The position numbers were made by a program, and so were the translations under genes. Of a stretch of DNA of 64,000 bases, positions 24,811 to 38,000 are shown one piece after another (within the stretch, counting starts at the first letter, position 1; each line of letters starts with the position of its first letter). The notes beneath the pieces were generated by a model. That model was not told the origin of the DNA and did no database searches. It saw only the letters and a list, made by a program, of their open reading frames with translations. The DNA is from the human T2T-CHM13v2.0 reference genome, Homo sapiens, in NCBI RefSeq assembly GCF_009914755.1, contig NC_060933.1. One strand, written 5' to 3'.

Positions 24811-26414
24811 TGTGATAGTTATTCTTAATGAAACATGAAAGCAATAATATTTTATGCTATATGACTTCCTATTTCAAATTAATTGGAACTGTTCTGTAGA
24901 CACCAACAGAATCAAAAACTATTTTATATCAGTGTCAGCTCATAGAGACAGTAGATAATAGAAATATAAAGCACAATTTTTAAGGGAATTGCATATAAAA
25001 GGAGATGAGAACCAGGTCTGAAAACATTTTGTTTATTTTAGCAACTGGTGATTTTCATCCAAGATTGAAATTATATGGGTCTCATTGCTCTTTCTTCCAA
25101 AAGATAACGTTGCACCTGTCTTTTTATCATGACTAAACCACTAAATTTATCATTGGTGTGACCAAAATGCATTGATGAGTCAAACATGGGTGAGGTATTC
25201 AAAAGCCATAAGAGACTTGCACAATCATTCTAATAATCTTCCTTTTCCAGAAGCCTCAACCACCTCTTCAGCCCTGAGTGCCAGCAGTGGGCCAAAGAGT
25301 CTCTCTTGCCAGCATTAGGCTGAAGCAATGGAGTAGAGAGAACTCCAATTATTGTTCCATGATACAGGTTATTTATTCTTTTTGAGAGTCTGTCCCCCCA
25401 GAAAGTGCTTAATTGCATACCAATTAATATCTAACTGGCATTCTTCAAGGTGTGTCTATTTTATTAAAACATTTCAGTAACATAAATTACAATTGTCTAT
25501 TCTTGCCTCTACATAATGGTGTTATATTTCATATCATTTTATAAGCTGATGTATTTACAGTGTTAAATTTGTAACAGCAAATTTTATTAATGTGGGGAAA
25601 TACAGTTTAATTAATATACATTATTTCGTATACATTAGCATGACAATCATACCCCCTCAATGGAAATACATGAACACAGCCACAGCGCCCCCAGTTTTCA
25701 GACCCTCACGGGTTGATTTCTGTTGTTAGATGTTGCTGCTCTGTGTTCTCTATTGGACAGGTTCTTAAAAATCAGAAATGAAAAGTCCCACAATTAAAGC
25801 TAGGTTATAGAACAATGTATTATTAAAAGACAGTGATCATTTTTTCTCTATAGTAATAATTTCTCAGTTTTTATTAGCCAAATTATATTGCCTTCTGAAA
25901 ACTTCCAGAGAGTAAGCACAATAGAATATTTCTAGGAAAATGGGGAACTTTCATAAATACGGGCTTGGCTTCCAAGTTGAAGCCAAAGCCAATTTTATGA
26001 ATTTAATTTTTGTTCTACAAGGTCATGAACTTACAGGAAAACCAAGGGCTAAATTTAAAGCAACATTGATCTTATATATGAATCTGGACGAAAACTATGC
26101 AAGGCAAGGCAGTTTATGCTGAATTAAGCTGTGTTTGCAAAATGTGATAAAAAGCACTGCCTATTTTGGAACCCATTTCAATGGGTGTGCACTCATGAGG
26201 GCTAAGTCAAATAAAAAAGTCTGCCCAAATTTATCTTGGGGTGAGGCTGTCAGATTTCACACAGCTTTCATTGCCAATAGCAAGCATTTCTCAGTCAGAG
26301 TGGACCATAAAGTTGCCATTTTTCAGAATTGAAGTTTACTCTTGAAGAAATTTAACATTAGAACAAAAAGCCAAATACCTATGTCTAAAACCAGCCCAAA
26401 GAATTAGCTGTTTC

Positions 26415-26567
26415 ATATATACGATATATATATTACACACACATACATATGTACATGTATATGTTTATTTGTGTACGATAGAGATATATATTCTGTGTGT
26501 GTATATATATATGTGTGTATAAATATATAAAGAGTGAGAGAGCCAGAAAGAGATAGGCAAGAGGGAG

Positions 26568-26605
<38 letters not shown>
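26415..26605. repeat. Compound (TA)/(TG)/(CA)n microsatellite
   Basis: Directly visible; pure (CA)n at ~26570-26603. Confidence 0.9.
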
Positions 26606-28913
26606 CACTGGTTAATTATATTTGAAGACAATAAAAGGAAAAAAGTTTATAGTATTTTTTCTAGTAATATTGAGGACCAAGCCAGGCCTTTTCAGGTACA
26701 TTATCTTATGAATCATACAACAATTATATGAAATAGCTATATCCTTTTATATAGCCTTTTTTTTTTTTTTAAATCGAAGACAGAGAATTTCAGGGACTTT
26801 CACAAGAAACACAGCAAAGCTGGGTTGTAAAATAAGGTACCACAACTCCAGATCCTTTCTTCTAGCTTTTAACTTTTTATAAGTCAGTGATTCTGCTCCT
26901 TAACTAAGAGGAATGGAATTATGAAAATACCAGCCTAGGCCAAGTATGCATGTTTTTGATCCACTTTAAATGAGTTAGCATTTGAATAGAACACAGGACA
27001 AAGCTTAAGGAACAAATAAACAGACAAGACGATAGTGTATATTAAAAATTCAATCAAGATACTACATAAACATTTAAAAGCAAATACCTAGGGGGAAGAA
27101 CTGTGCAGAAAAGAAAAACTGAGGTATGGAAGAGACGGGCTAGACTGCTCTGTGGAAAATGTGATGATTTTGTTAAGTTAAATTTATGGCTAGTGCAGAT
27201 TTAAAGAAAGAGAAATAAAAACAAACAGAATAACAGCTTAATGTTACATTCGAGTAGAATTCAAGTTATCCTGTAACAATTTTAATTTAAATATAATATG
27301 CCAACCTCCACCTTTAAAGCAAAATAAAAGCATACGTAATGTCCCATTTTTCCACATAATGAAATTGTGTTCCATTATGTCACCAAATGGTTATTATGAG
27401 CCATATACATTTTACTGAAAAATAATCTGCACCTGAAAAAGGTAAAGTAGAATTTAAGGGGCTTAATAACATTTGCAGATATGTTGATTATTGGTTCACT
27501 TAAAGTAAACCTTTGAAACCCAATATTATTTCAAAGTATAGGAAAAATGTAATAGATGCCTATTTAAAAATTCCCACATAGCTATAACCCCTAATATTTT
27601 ACCAATCCAAAAGCACAAAATCTTTTGAAATTACTTGGATTTGTAAAACTATCAACTTAGAGAAGGCATGTGAATGAACCCTTAGAGAAAAATGAGTTTT
27701 AAGATGAGAGAAATTAGGGCAACATTTTCCCCAACTCCCTTATAAATGAGTCTAGTATGTTACTCATACTACATTTTAATGGGAACATATTCAATAAAAA
27801 ACATATAATACTAATTTTTAAAAATATTATAAACTATATAAAACTTGCAATATAAAATATTAACTTTCTGCTTGGGTTAATTACATTTTTATAAATAAAA
27901 TATAAGCTATTCATAAAAATGAGAAAAATAAGGGAAAAATGAACATAACTTATGAATAAACTTATTAGTAGGAGGATGACAAGGGCTAAAACTATTTACT
28001 CCCATGCTACTTAATATGATATTAAAGTGTATACATTTCTTGGGAAAATGCATGTGGAAACATTTCATTTAAGGTAGGAAGGTAGGAGGGACTGTGGATA
28101 TTTGTCCAGGGAGTGTAAAGATTCAGCTGGTGTAGGATAAGGAGGAAAATATCTGCAGAGCTGTATTGAAACATTTGAGAAGCTATGCATGCAAGAAGAA
28201 TTAGGTATTTTTCCCCTGAGCTCTAAGGCAGTGGTAATCAAACTTTAAAGTACATTTAAGTGTGATGGTTAATTTTATGTGCTAACTTGCCTGCACTGAG
28301 GGATGCCCAGATAGCTGGTAAAGCATTATTTATGAATGTGTCCACTGAGGGCCACTTTCTGACTCATAGCTAGTGCCTTCTTTCTGTGTCCTCACATAGC
28401 AAAATAGGAGAGAGGTCTCTTTCTGGCCTTTTTCATAAAGGTACTAAGCCCATTCATGAGAGCTCTGCCCCTATGGCCTAATCACCTCCTAGTGGCCCTA
28501 CCTTATAATACCATCATCTTGGGGGTGAGTATTACAGCATATACATTTTGAGGGGATGTAAACATACAAACCACAGCAATAGGAATCTTCACACAAGTTG
28601 TTTACAATTTTTATTTCTGGATTCCATGCCTGGACAATCTGATTCCAAAAGTAAGAGTTGACATTTTCAAAAGCAGCATCAAAGCTTGCAATGAATATGG
28701 TTAATAAATTAGACTCTAGAAAAACCAGTGGGTTGAGGGTGTGACATTACATCCATGTATGAAAAGCAAGGAAATAATTGATAGTCTATTTATAGTCCGT
28801 CAGTCTGACAGTCTATTCATTTCTGTTGGGGAGCAGATGCCGTACAGCCTACACACCCCCTCCCTTATTGATGATCACTTGAAGATATTCATCAACAAAA
28901 ACTGAATGCTCAA

Positions 28914-29211
28914 TTTTTTTTTTTTTTTTTTTTTTAGACAGAGTCTCGCTCTGTCGCCCAGGCTGGAGTGCAGTGGCGTGATCTCGCTCACTGCAAGCTC
29001 CGCCTCCCGGGTTCATGACATTCTCCTGCCTCAGCCTCCTGAGTAGCTGGGACTACACGCGCCCGCCACCACGCCCGGCTAGTTTTTTGTATTTTTAGTA
29101 GAGACGGGGTTTCACAGTGTTAGCCGGGATGGTCTCGATCCCCTGACCTCGTGATCCACCCGCCTCGGCCTCCCAAAGTGCTAGGATTACACGTGTGAGC
29201 CACCGCGCCCG
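28914..29211 (-). mobile_element. Young, CpG-rich AluY
   Basis: Long poly-T, AluY diagnostics (gcaagctccgcctcccgggttca, gccgggatggtctcgatc) and TSD ctgaatgctcaattttt at 28902 and 29212. Confidence 0.95.
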
Positions 29212-29229
29212 CTGAATGCTCAATTTTTA

Positions 29230-29805
29230 AAATATATTCAACAATCAGACATTGCTCATCAAGTTCAAGTCTATTCCCCTGCCTCTCACCTGGATTATTG
29301 CAACAGCCTCCTTACTGGTGTTCCTGATTTTACCAGTGCTTCCCTGCAGTCTATGTTCAACAAAGCAAGGCAGAGATCATTCTAAAACATACGTCAGATC
29401 AAAACTGTACTCAGCTCAAACCCCCAAATTTTACTATGGTGTAGAAGGCCCCATACGTTCTACCTTTTGTGACTACCCTGACCTCATCTCCCTCTTCTCT
29501 CTACCTTCCAAGCAGACAGGCACACAGCTTCCTCACCTGACCACTTCAGTCTTTTTCTCAGGTGTTACTTTCTCAATGAGGCTTTTCCTGACCACTCTAG
29601 TCATAATTGCAATATCCTTTTCTCTGTTTTATTTTTCCCAAGTTATTTATCACATTCTACACAATGTACACCATGTATTTTGTTAATTGTTTTCTTGTGT
29701 ATCACCCCACACAGAACTGCATGTTTTATGAGGGCAGAGATTTCTACCTGTTGTTTACTACAGTATCTTCATCTAGGAGATCAATAAATGTTTGCTGAAT
29801 AAAAG
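29230..29805 (+). mobile_element. L2 3' fragment
   Basis: cacctggattattgcaacagcctcct...atgagggcagagatt...tcaataaatgtttgctgaat. Confidence 0.7.
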
Positions 29806-30545
29806 AATAAAGAAAAACTTAATGTTGAACATGTAACTATAATACATTTTTCTGCATATCAAAAGTCCTCAAAAGCACAGCTGGGACAACTATGTTTGGT
29901 AATGGATTATTGCATTTCAGTTAAGTTCCCATGTTCTTGTAAAGGAATTTAGGAACATAGATGGATGAGACTTTATGACTTTAAAGTCCTTTCCAGGGTT
30001 AAAATTTACTCCATCTATAAGCAATTCTCCCAAACAAATTGTGGCAGAGATGACTAATTACCCACCCTCCAATCTATACTGTTCATATACACTACATGCT
30101 ATTTCCCCCTTCCTCTATAGTAGTAGATTCTTTAGCTGAACACATGACCTCCTAGCTAAACACCACAATGCCCAGTTCCTAGACTGCTTTCCATTTTGAT
30201 GTGAGGCATGTGAGTAGGGTCTTGAAAACAGGATGTGAGTGTGTGTGTGGCAGGGCGGGGGTGGGGGTAGGCTGTAAATTATACATAAGTAGTCCTTAAA
30301 ATAAATGAACATACCAATGCAGTCCTCTTTCCCATTTTATACTGGTGTGATAAGTCATCTTATCCTCAACCATTGGCTAAAGATAACTCTTTAGGATAAC
30401 ACAACCACAAGATGATAGGACCCCGCCAATTCCATCAAGCTACCAAATCTGCTGCTCTGGACTGTTATAGGAGAGAGAAATAAAATAAATAAAACTCTCT
30501 TGTTTAAGCCAACGTTTTATTCTAGTAACCTAGCCTGTGTTGTAA

Positions 30546-30874
<329 letters not shown>

Positions 30875-33214
30875 TAGATAAAATAATCCTTGAAACTCTA
30901 AAAAAAAAAAATTAAAATTCCAATATAAAGGTGGTAAAATTATGGCAGTAGTTCATTGATTTATTTAGAGGTGAAGGGCGGAAATCAAAATCATGTAGAA
31001 GTAGGAACTTTAAAAATATAACTTTATTGACTATTTATTTAATAAATATCAGTCACTTTGCTGGGATTGTATATGTATATGTTATTTAGTCTTTACAATA
31101 ACCTCCAAAGGTAGGTATTATTATAAATGCTTTACAGGTAAAACAGATAATGCTCAAGATGTTTAGAATTTTTTAAGGCAGCACTATAAGTAAGTGCTAG
31201 AACAAAGAGCCCAAGTCTATGAGCATTTCTCATTTCTCAGTGTCTTTCCCACTCTCTGATCTTTAGATTTAGATGGATGCTTTGCTCCAGAGGTCTTTGA
31301 GAATTTTAAATAGAAGTAGTTGATTTACCACTTGACAAATACATCCCCAGTCTTCCTTCCTTGGAACGAAGTTCTGTGGAAGCAATGTGATTCAAAACCC
31401 TGAGTAATGGGTGTAATAACTATTAAGTTGAGGGCTAATCCCCAATTTGGACTTGGATTTCCAGAGTAAGATATTTATCCTGTCTGGACCTTAACCTGTT
31501 TGTCTAGTTCCTGCTGTAAGATAACTCAAATAACTGAGTCTGCTTAAATGAGCTACAAAAGCATTGGCATTAAGTGGAATTTGGTAACCCCAGACAGAAT
31601 CCCCATTCATTTGAGCAGTCTGGAGTCAAAAGCAAAATTTAAATCCAAAAAACACATACACAGTCCGGATTCAATAATTCCACAGATGTGGTTACAAAGT
31701 AGATTCAAATGTTTATGACTTTTTTTCCTGGCTAGAAAGAAGGGAATTCATTCAAGAAGTTTAACAAAAACAGCAAAGAAACTAAAGGTACAGTCTTGAG
31801 GCATTTACATATATGTATGCACATATATGCATACATATATACATATACATGTATACATATGCATGTATAACCTGGTGAATTCCCTGCACCCACATAGACT
31901 GCTGTCACCCAGCCTGCAATGAACTCTGGTGGATCATCACTGCACTGTGTGCTCAGCAGCCTTCAGACCTGAGACAACTCGACTATTTGGGACATTTATC
32001 TCTTGAATCTGGAAGCCTTCCACATTGGCAAGAGCTCAACCTTAGTCTGCTGAGAATACTAACAAAGTGTAAAAGACCTGACTTTTTAGACAGCTTTACC
32101 TGCCAACACCTTGATTTGACATCCAACACAGAGTGGAGCCTGTGGCCTTAACGTTTGGCTGGAGAAAGAATGAATACTTTTCTCGTTAAACTCTCCAATT
32201 CATCATTATGGCCCTCATGTCAAGGCAAGATTTTTCTTCCCAGCCTATTATTAAGAAAAGTGTTGCACCTGGTTTCCCTGGTTTCTCCTCCTGTCTCTCC
32301 ACTTTCCTCTCCCTCCACCCTCCATAAACATGGACAAAGGTTTTTGGTCTCCTCTAGTTCATACTAGACAAGGAAATATTTGGGGACAAGCTGAGGGGAC
32401 AGCTGCGCAAGAATAATGGACACCTGTGATTTTCTTCCCTTTGCTGTAAATAATTAGATAATTTGCATCATCTTCTAAAACTATTTTTACTATTTATCCA
32501 GAGTTTGGAGAATGTAACTTACTATTTCATTTCTATTCAGTGCTGTGTTTCTATTCATTCCATATTGCTACAACTTTGAGGTGTTCTTTGATTCATATGT
32601 TACATATCTATCAGACAAACCTATAGTAAATCATTTTCTGCCTCATTCATGATGTGAGCTATTATATGTGTTTACAGTAACTAAAATTTGTTAATAAGGG
32701 AAATTGCAGAGATTCTCTGACGATTAATAAAGTATGTAAGAAAGGTTTCCAGAGCTCATTTTCTCTTTAGGGATTTTGCTTTTCTTGCTTATTATATGCA
32801 TGTGTGTAGGAAATGAGAAACCATTCCATGTGTACTGTTGGAAATATTACTGTTAAAGGTGAAAAAGTCTGTAGTATATGTAGCCAATGGATCAAACATT
32901 TAATGAGCATTTTTCTTGATCTTCAGCTTAAATTTTTTTTTAAGTTTCTTGATAAATATAGTAAATGTGACTGGATAGAATCCTTTCTTTAAAAAAAAGG
33001 TACACTTATGGGAAATGTCCAGATAAGATCTTAAGAATTCAAGTATTTACCATAGAGATGCATTGCAGTATATTAGAAAGAACATCCCGTGTGAGATTTA
33101 AAAAAAAAAAATACTACATACAAAGTGCCTTGTAGATGTCACGCTTTGCCTGACATGTATTATTACAAACTCTCTTATTTTTAAAAGGAGGCACAATCTA
33201 TTTAGACATCTGCA

Positions 33215-33850
33215 TCATATAGCTATATCTGAGTTACAAATCATCTCAAAACACAGTTGCTTAAAACACCAATTGTGTACTATTTTTCGTGAGTCTATGG
33301 GCCACCTGTGCACTTCTCCTAACCTAGTCTTGGCTCAGCTAATCTCAGCTGGGCTTGTTCATGCATCTGCATTCAACTGATAGGTTAGCCAGAGGCATGC
33401 TGATCTAGGATGGCCTGAGATGCATGACCTGACTCTGCTCCACATGATCTCACATCCTCCAGCAGCTTAGCCAAAGCTTGTTCTCATGGCAAAAGCAAGG
33501 GTCCAAGAGAGTGGGTGCAAACTTGAAAGGTCTTTGGGGCCTCAATTCAGAATGGGCATGCCATCACTTCCATCATATGCTTTGGCCTAAGGGCCTAAGG
33601 AAGTCATAAGTCCAGCCTAGATTTAAGAGGTAGAGAAACAGACTTCATCTTTGAATGGGAAGAGCTGCAAAGTTAGACTACAAATAGCTTGGATACAGGG
33701 AGAACTCATACCCTTGCTTTTGCCATGAGAACAAACATTGGCTAAGCTGCTGGAGGATGAGAGATCACGTGGAGCAGAGTCAGGTCATGCATCTCAGGCC
33801 ATCCTAAATCAGCATGCCTCCAGCTAACCTATCAGTTGGATGCAAATACA
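33215..33850. mobile_element. MLT1-type LTR carrying a ~141-bp inverted self-duplication
   Basis: MaLR motifs. 33362-33502 is the reverse complement of 33710-33850. Confidence 0.75.
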
Positions 33851-34289
33851 TTTGTTGGGTTCTTGGGTTGTAGTTGTTACCTGCCTCATAGCTACTGCTT
33901 ACTTGAAGGTGCCTGACAAACCCAAAATGCACAGGTTAGAGATGACACTTTTGAACTTCAACAGGAAGTATGCTCAAGTATGTCAGAGTATGGCATTGTC
34001 TTTTACATGGAAATATGTGTGTTATCTTTTACTTTCTGTTAATCCTGTCTTTAAAGTTGATGCCCACAAGTCCCCAATATCTAGACCCACAAAACAACAT
34101 AAGAACAAAGAGAAGTGGATCTCCTACAGCTAACTTTATCATACAGGGGAGGCCGAGTCAAGAAACTATAATTCTTCAGGACTGTTTGGACCAAACTAAT
34201 CTCCTTCAGCTTAAAAGTACTGTGGTAATGCCATTGCATATGGCTGTGTACACAGTAACCTTGCACTTAAGTGTTTAAGGATGTCTGCC

Positions 34290-35028
34290 GGGTCAAATGG
34301 TATTTCTAGTTCTAGATCCCTGAGGAATCGCCACACTGACTTCCACAAAGGTTGAACTAGTTTACAGTCCCACCAACAGTGTAAAAGTGTTCCTATTTCT
34401 CCACATCTTCTCCAGCACCTGTTGTTTCCTGACTTTTTAATGATTGCCATTCTAACTGGTGTGAGACAGTATCTCATTGTGGTTTTGATTTGCAATTCTC
34501 TGATGGCCAGTGATATATACCCAAAGGACTATAAATCATGCTGCTATAAAGACACATGCACACGTATGTTTATTGCAGCACTATTCACAATAGCAAGGAC
34601 TTGGAACCAACCCAAATGTCCAACAATGATAGACTGGATTAAGAAAATGTGGCACATATACACCGTGGAATACTATGCAGCCATAAAAAATGATGAGTTC
34701 ATGTCCTTTGTAGGGACATGGATGAAATTGGAAATCATCATTCTCAGTAAACTATCGCAAGAACAAAAAACCAAACACCGCATATTCTCACTCATAGGTG
34801 GGAGTTGAACAATGAGAACACATGGACACAGGAAGGGGAACATCACACTCTGGGGACTGTTGTGGGGTGGGGGGAGGGGGGAGGGATAGCTTTAGGAGAT
34901 TTACCTAATGCTAAATGATGAGTTAATGGGTGCAGCACACCAGCATGGCACATGTAACTAACCTGCACATTGTGCACATGTACCCTAAAACTTAAAGTAT
35001 AATAATAATAAAATTAAAAAAAAAAAAA
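34290..35028 (+). mobile_element. 5'-truncated, 5'-inverted (twin-primed) L1PA
   Basis: Antisense ORF2 piece at 34290-34514, sense ORF2 end, 3'UTR and poly(A) at 34515-35028. TSD aaggat[g/t]tctgcc at 34277-34289 and 35029-35041. Confidence 0.93.
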
Positions 35029-38000
35029 AAGGATTTCTGCCCCTTCAATGTTTACCATGACAATGAGGAAGAAGAGAAAATCCATGTTGAGCCTAATGTC
35101 TTCTCTGCAGGAGTAAATCTCAAGCATACTTCCTGTTTCTAGATGTCTGTAGATTTCCATAGAAAAATAAATTGACTTGCTGAGCCAGCCAAGGATACAC
35201 ATTCTCAGGAACCTCACACAACAATCTTCTTCTGATCTCTTTTCCCAAAGTGTCAGCTTTGGGACACTTCGAGAGTTCTGAGCTTTTCAGCAACATCGGT
35301 AACACCATTTTAGGACCTAACATTATAGGACCATAATATTGGCCCACCATAACATTGTAAGACCTTGAAACAAAAGACTTATCTCTTTATTCATTTTTTA
35401 AAAAAAGAAGTGTTGAATGAATGCATTATGAAGTGAAATCTACACATAAGGCCATGTTATTAATGAAATAATTCTTATCAAATTATTTGGCAGGTATTTT
35501 GTTAGATTCCAAAAGAGTGAAACTTCTGCCTGGAGTTCAGTGAAGCATATCAAGATATGACCCATAAGAAATCAGTAAACCTCTGTAAATTAGATAAGAA
35601 TTGTTTATTTTGTCCCATTTACTGGCAAGATGATGATTTATGGCTCTAGTTTTCACAATGTCAGTAGCATTCATGGAAGAAGAAGAGGTTTATTTTAGGA
35701 CTGCAGGCAGCATTATTTTATTCCAATGTATACTGATGTAGAAAGTCCTAAATCACAATGGTAAGTAAAGCTTTGTTTCTTCACAAAAGTTAGGAACAAT
35801 AAGATCTGCTAAACTCTTATGGTGCTTCATCATGCATAAAGTATAAAAAGTTTCATCCCAGCAAAATTTTACTTGGCAAAGAAACTACACCAATTGAAGA
35901 CCTTTAAATAGTCCCAAAGAGATGCACAAAAATAGGAATTCTTCCTTAATGGATTAGTGTGCACACAGCAGATGAATACCAGGAGCTGGCTTCACTCAGA
36001 GACAAGAACAACTTCTTTCCGTTGTTGTCGATTCTTTTATGACCTCCTTCTAAGTCATAAAAGCAATGTCAATAATCTGAAATTGATGATACTGGTGGAC
36101 CAAGGCACTGCTTTACATTTTTTTCTTGCTCTTAGTTACAGATCATGCCATGACTTCACCAAGTTCTTTCAGTTTTTGGCTTCCTTAGCTAAAGGATTCT
36201 CTGAGTAGCATTTGAGACAAAGTTTTAATATTTCAACAAATTTGAGATTTTTTTCCAACTACATGCATTTATAATTGAAAATTCTTCTCATAGAAAAATA
36301 TATGAATCTTTCAAGATATTTTAAATGTGGGACAATATGAAATACATAAGCAGTCTCATTGTCTTCCTTTTCTCCTTGTCTAGAACCATATAATATGTGA
36401 GTAGTGCCTTACAGCAATGCTTTCAGTGATAGAATATGTGAATTTTCTATTTCTCATTTTAACACTTTCGAATTAACTTAGACCAAATACATAAAGATAG
36501 ATATCCACAAGCCTGATGTCAGGACATGTTTTATTTAACGCCTATAAAGAGAAATCCATTACAGAAATTATAACACAAAAAAGATGGTTATAACTATTTA
36601 AATTATACAGTAGGATCTCCTGGCTCACTACAATTTGTTTAGGGTGAAACATTGCTTCCAAAACATTTTATATAAAAGTAATTTATTTAAAAATAATTTT
36701 CACTGAAACAAGAAAAATACCAGAAGAAAAAATATATATAATTGAACGTGGCTCATGGACCCCTAATTAGGAACCTCTGGTCTAGGCTGGGCCATTCTTC
36801 CATTATGTGATATTTTCAAATATTTTGAAGCAAAGAGGGTTGAAATTCTCATTTTAACCAATTTTCCCCTCTGTATTCAGGGGCATGGAACACATCTCAA
36901 TAAACTATGGGGAAAACAATAACTCTTTTATTTCAACCTGGCTTACATTCATATATAGGAAAGTCTTCTGTGCTTTTAACTAAAGCACACTTTAACTAGA
37001 TCTTTCCAGAACACTTCTGTATACTAATAATTAATAATCATGATAAAGACTATGTGGTTTAGAAAATTTATAAAAGGTTAATGAATTATCCAAAAAAAGC
37101 TGAATTATGCATAAGGTATTTTTAGCTTTGAAACCCTTGTGATTTCAAATACTTCTGGTGCTCTGTATCAGCTAATGTCTTACCCAGCCAGTACAGCTTA
37201 ACCCTTTATCCTCTAATGATTACTTTTGTGAGAAAGTAGCTGGTAAGTACTAAGTACTAACTTATTATTTGATATCCTGTAGCTGAGTGCTCTGCAAAAA
37301 TGTTGACCATGACAACCAATAAGACATACCTTTTATATGTCTATCTAAAACACACATGTGCATAAGTATTGAATTTAACTATGCTTGCCATAAATCATTC
37401 TCATCATTATTAAGTTAAATGCACTGTAATTTTTTTTATCAAATGTTAATCTATTACATATGGTAATGCTGGTCTTGACCTACTAAATTTATTTCATCAA
37501 CCTACAATACACTACAACTTACAGTTTGGATCACACCAGCCTAATCCCCCCCAAAATGGCTTTTTTTTCTCTGAAAAATTAATGAATTTACTTAGTCAAA
37601 TGTGTTTCTAGAGTTTATCTTTTGAAAATGAGGACTACCTATTCTATTTTCTTGAAAATTTATAATTCTCAATTTACAGGAACATTCTACTATCCAGAGC
37701 ACATTATTCTTTAGATAATCAACCATTATATAATAATAATTATTATTGCTATGTGATTTGTAGATTTATTTCTAATCTTCACTATAAGCCTGAAATGTAT
37801 ATGTTGTATGATTCCCATTTTGTATTTGAGAAAACTGAGGCTCAAAAAGTTGAAGTATCTTATATGATCCCATTGACAGGGTGTGACTTCAGGTTCCTGG
37901 ACTCCAATGCCTCCTATGTTCATTGTCCTCATTGCCCCATGGCTAACATTTTCCAGCATAAACAAGGCAGCCACCATTTTCATGGGTACTCACAAAATAG

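Noticed and set aside
29252-29686. 144-aa ORF with a hydrophobic N-terminus
   Set aside because: Lies within an L2 remnant, with no ATG start and no splice support.
34211-34808. Two ORFs with clear protein similarity
   Set aside because: L1 ORF2 C-terminal fragments of the twin-primed insertion.
36947-37345. Additional minus-strand splice-site pairs (~37016-36947 and ~37343-37184)
   Set aside because: Signals are present but the translations are uninformative. Not counted as exons without alignment support.
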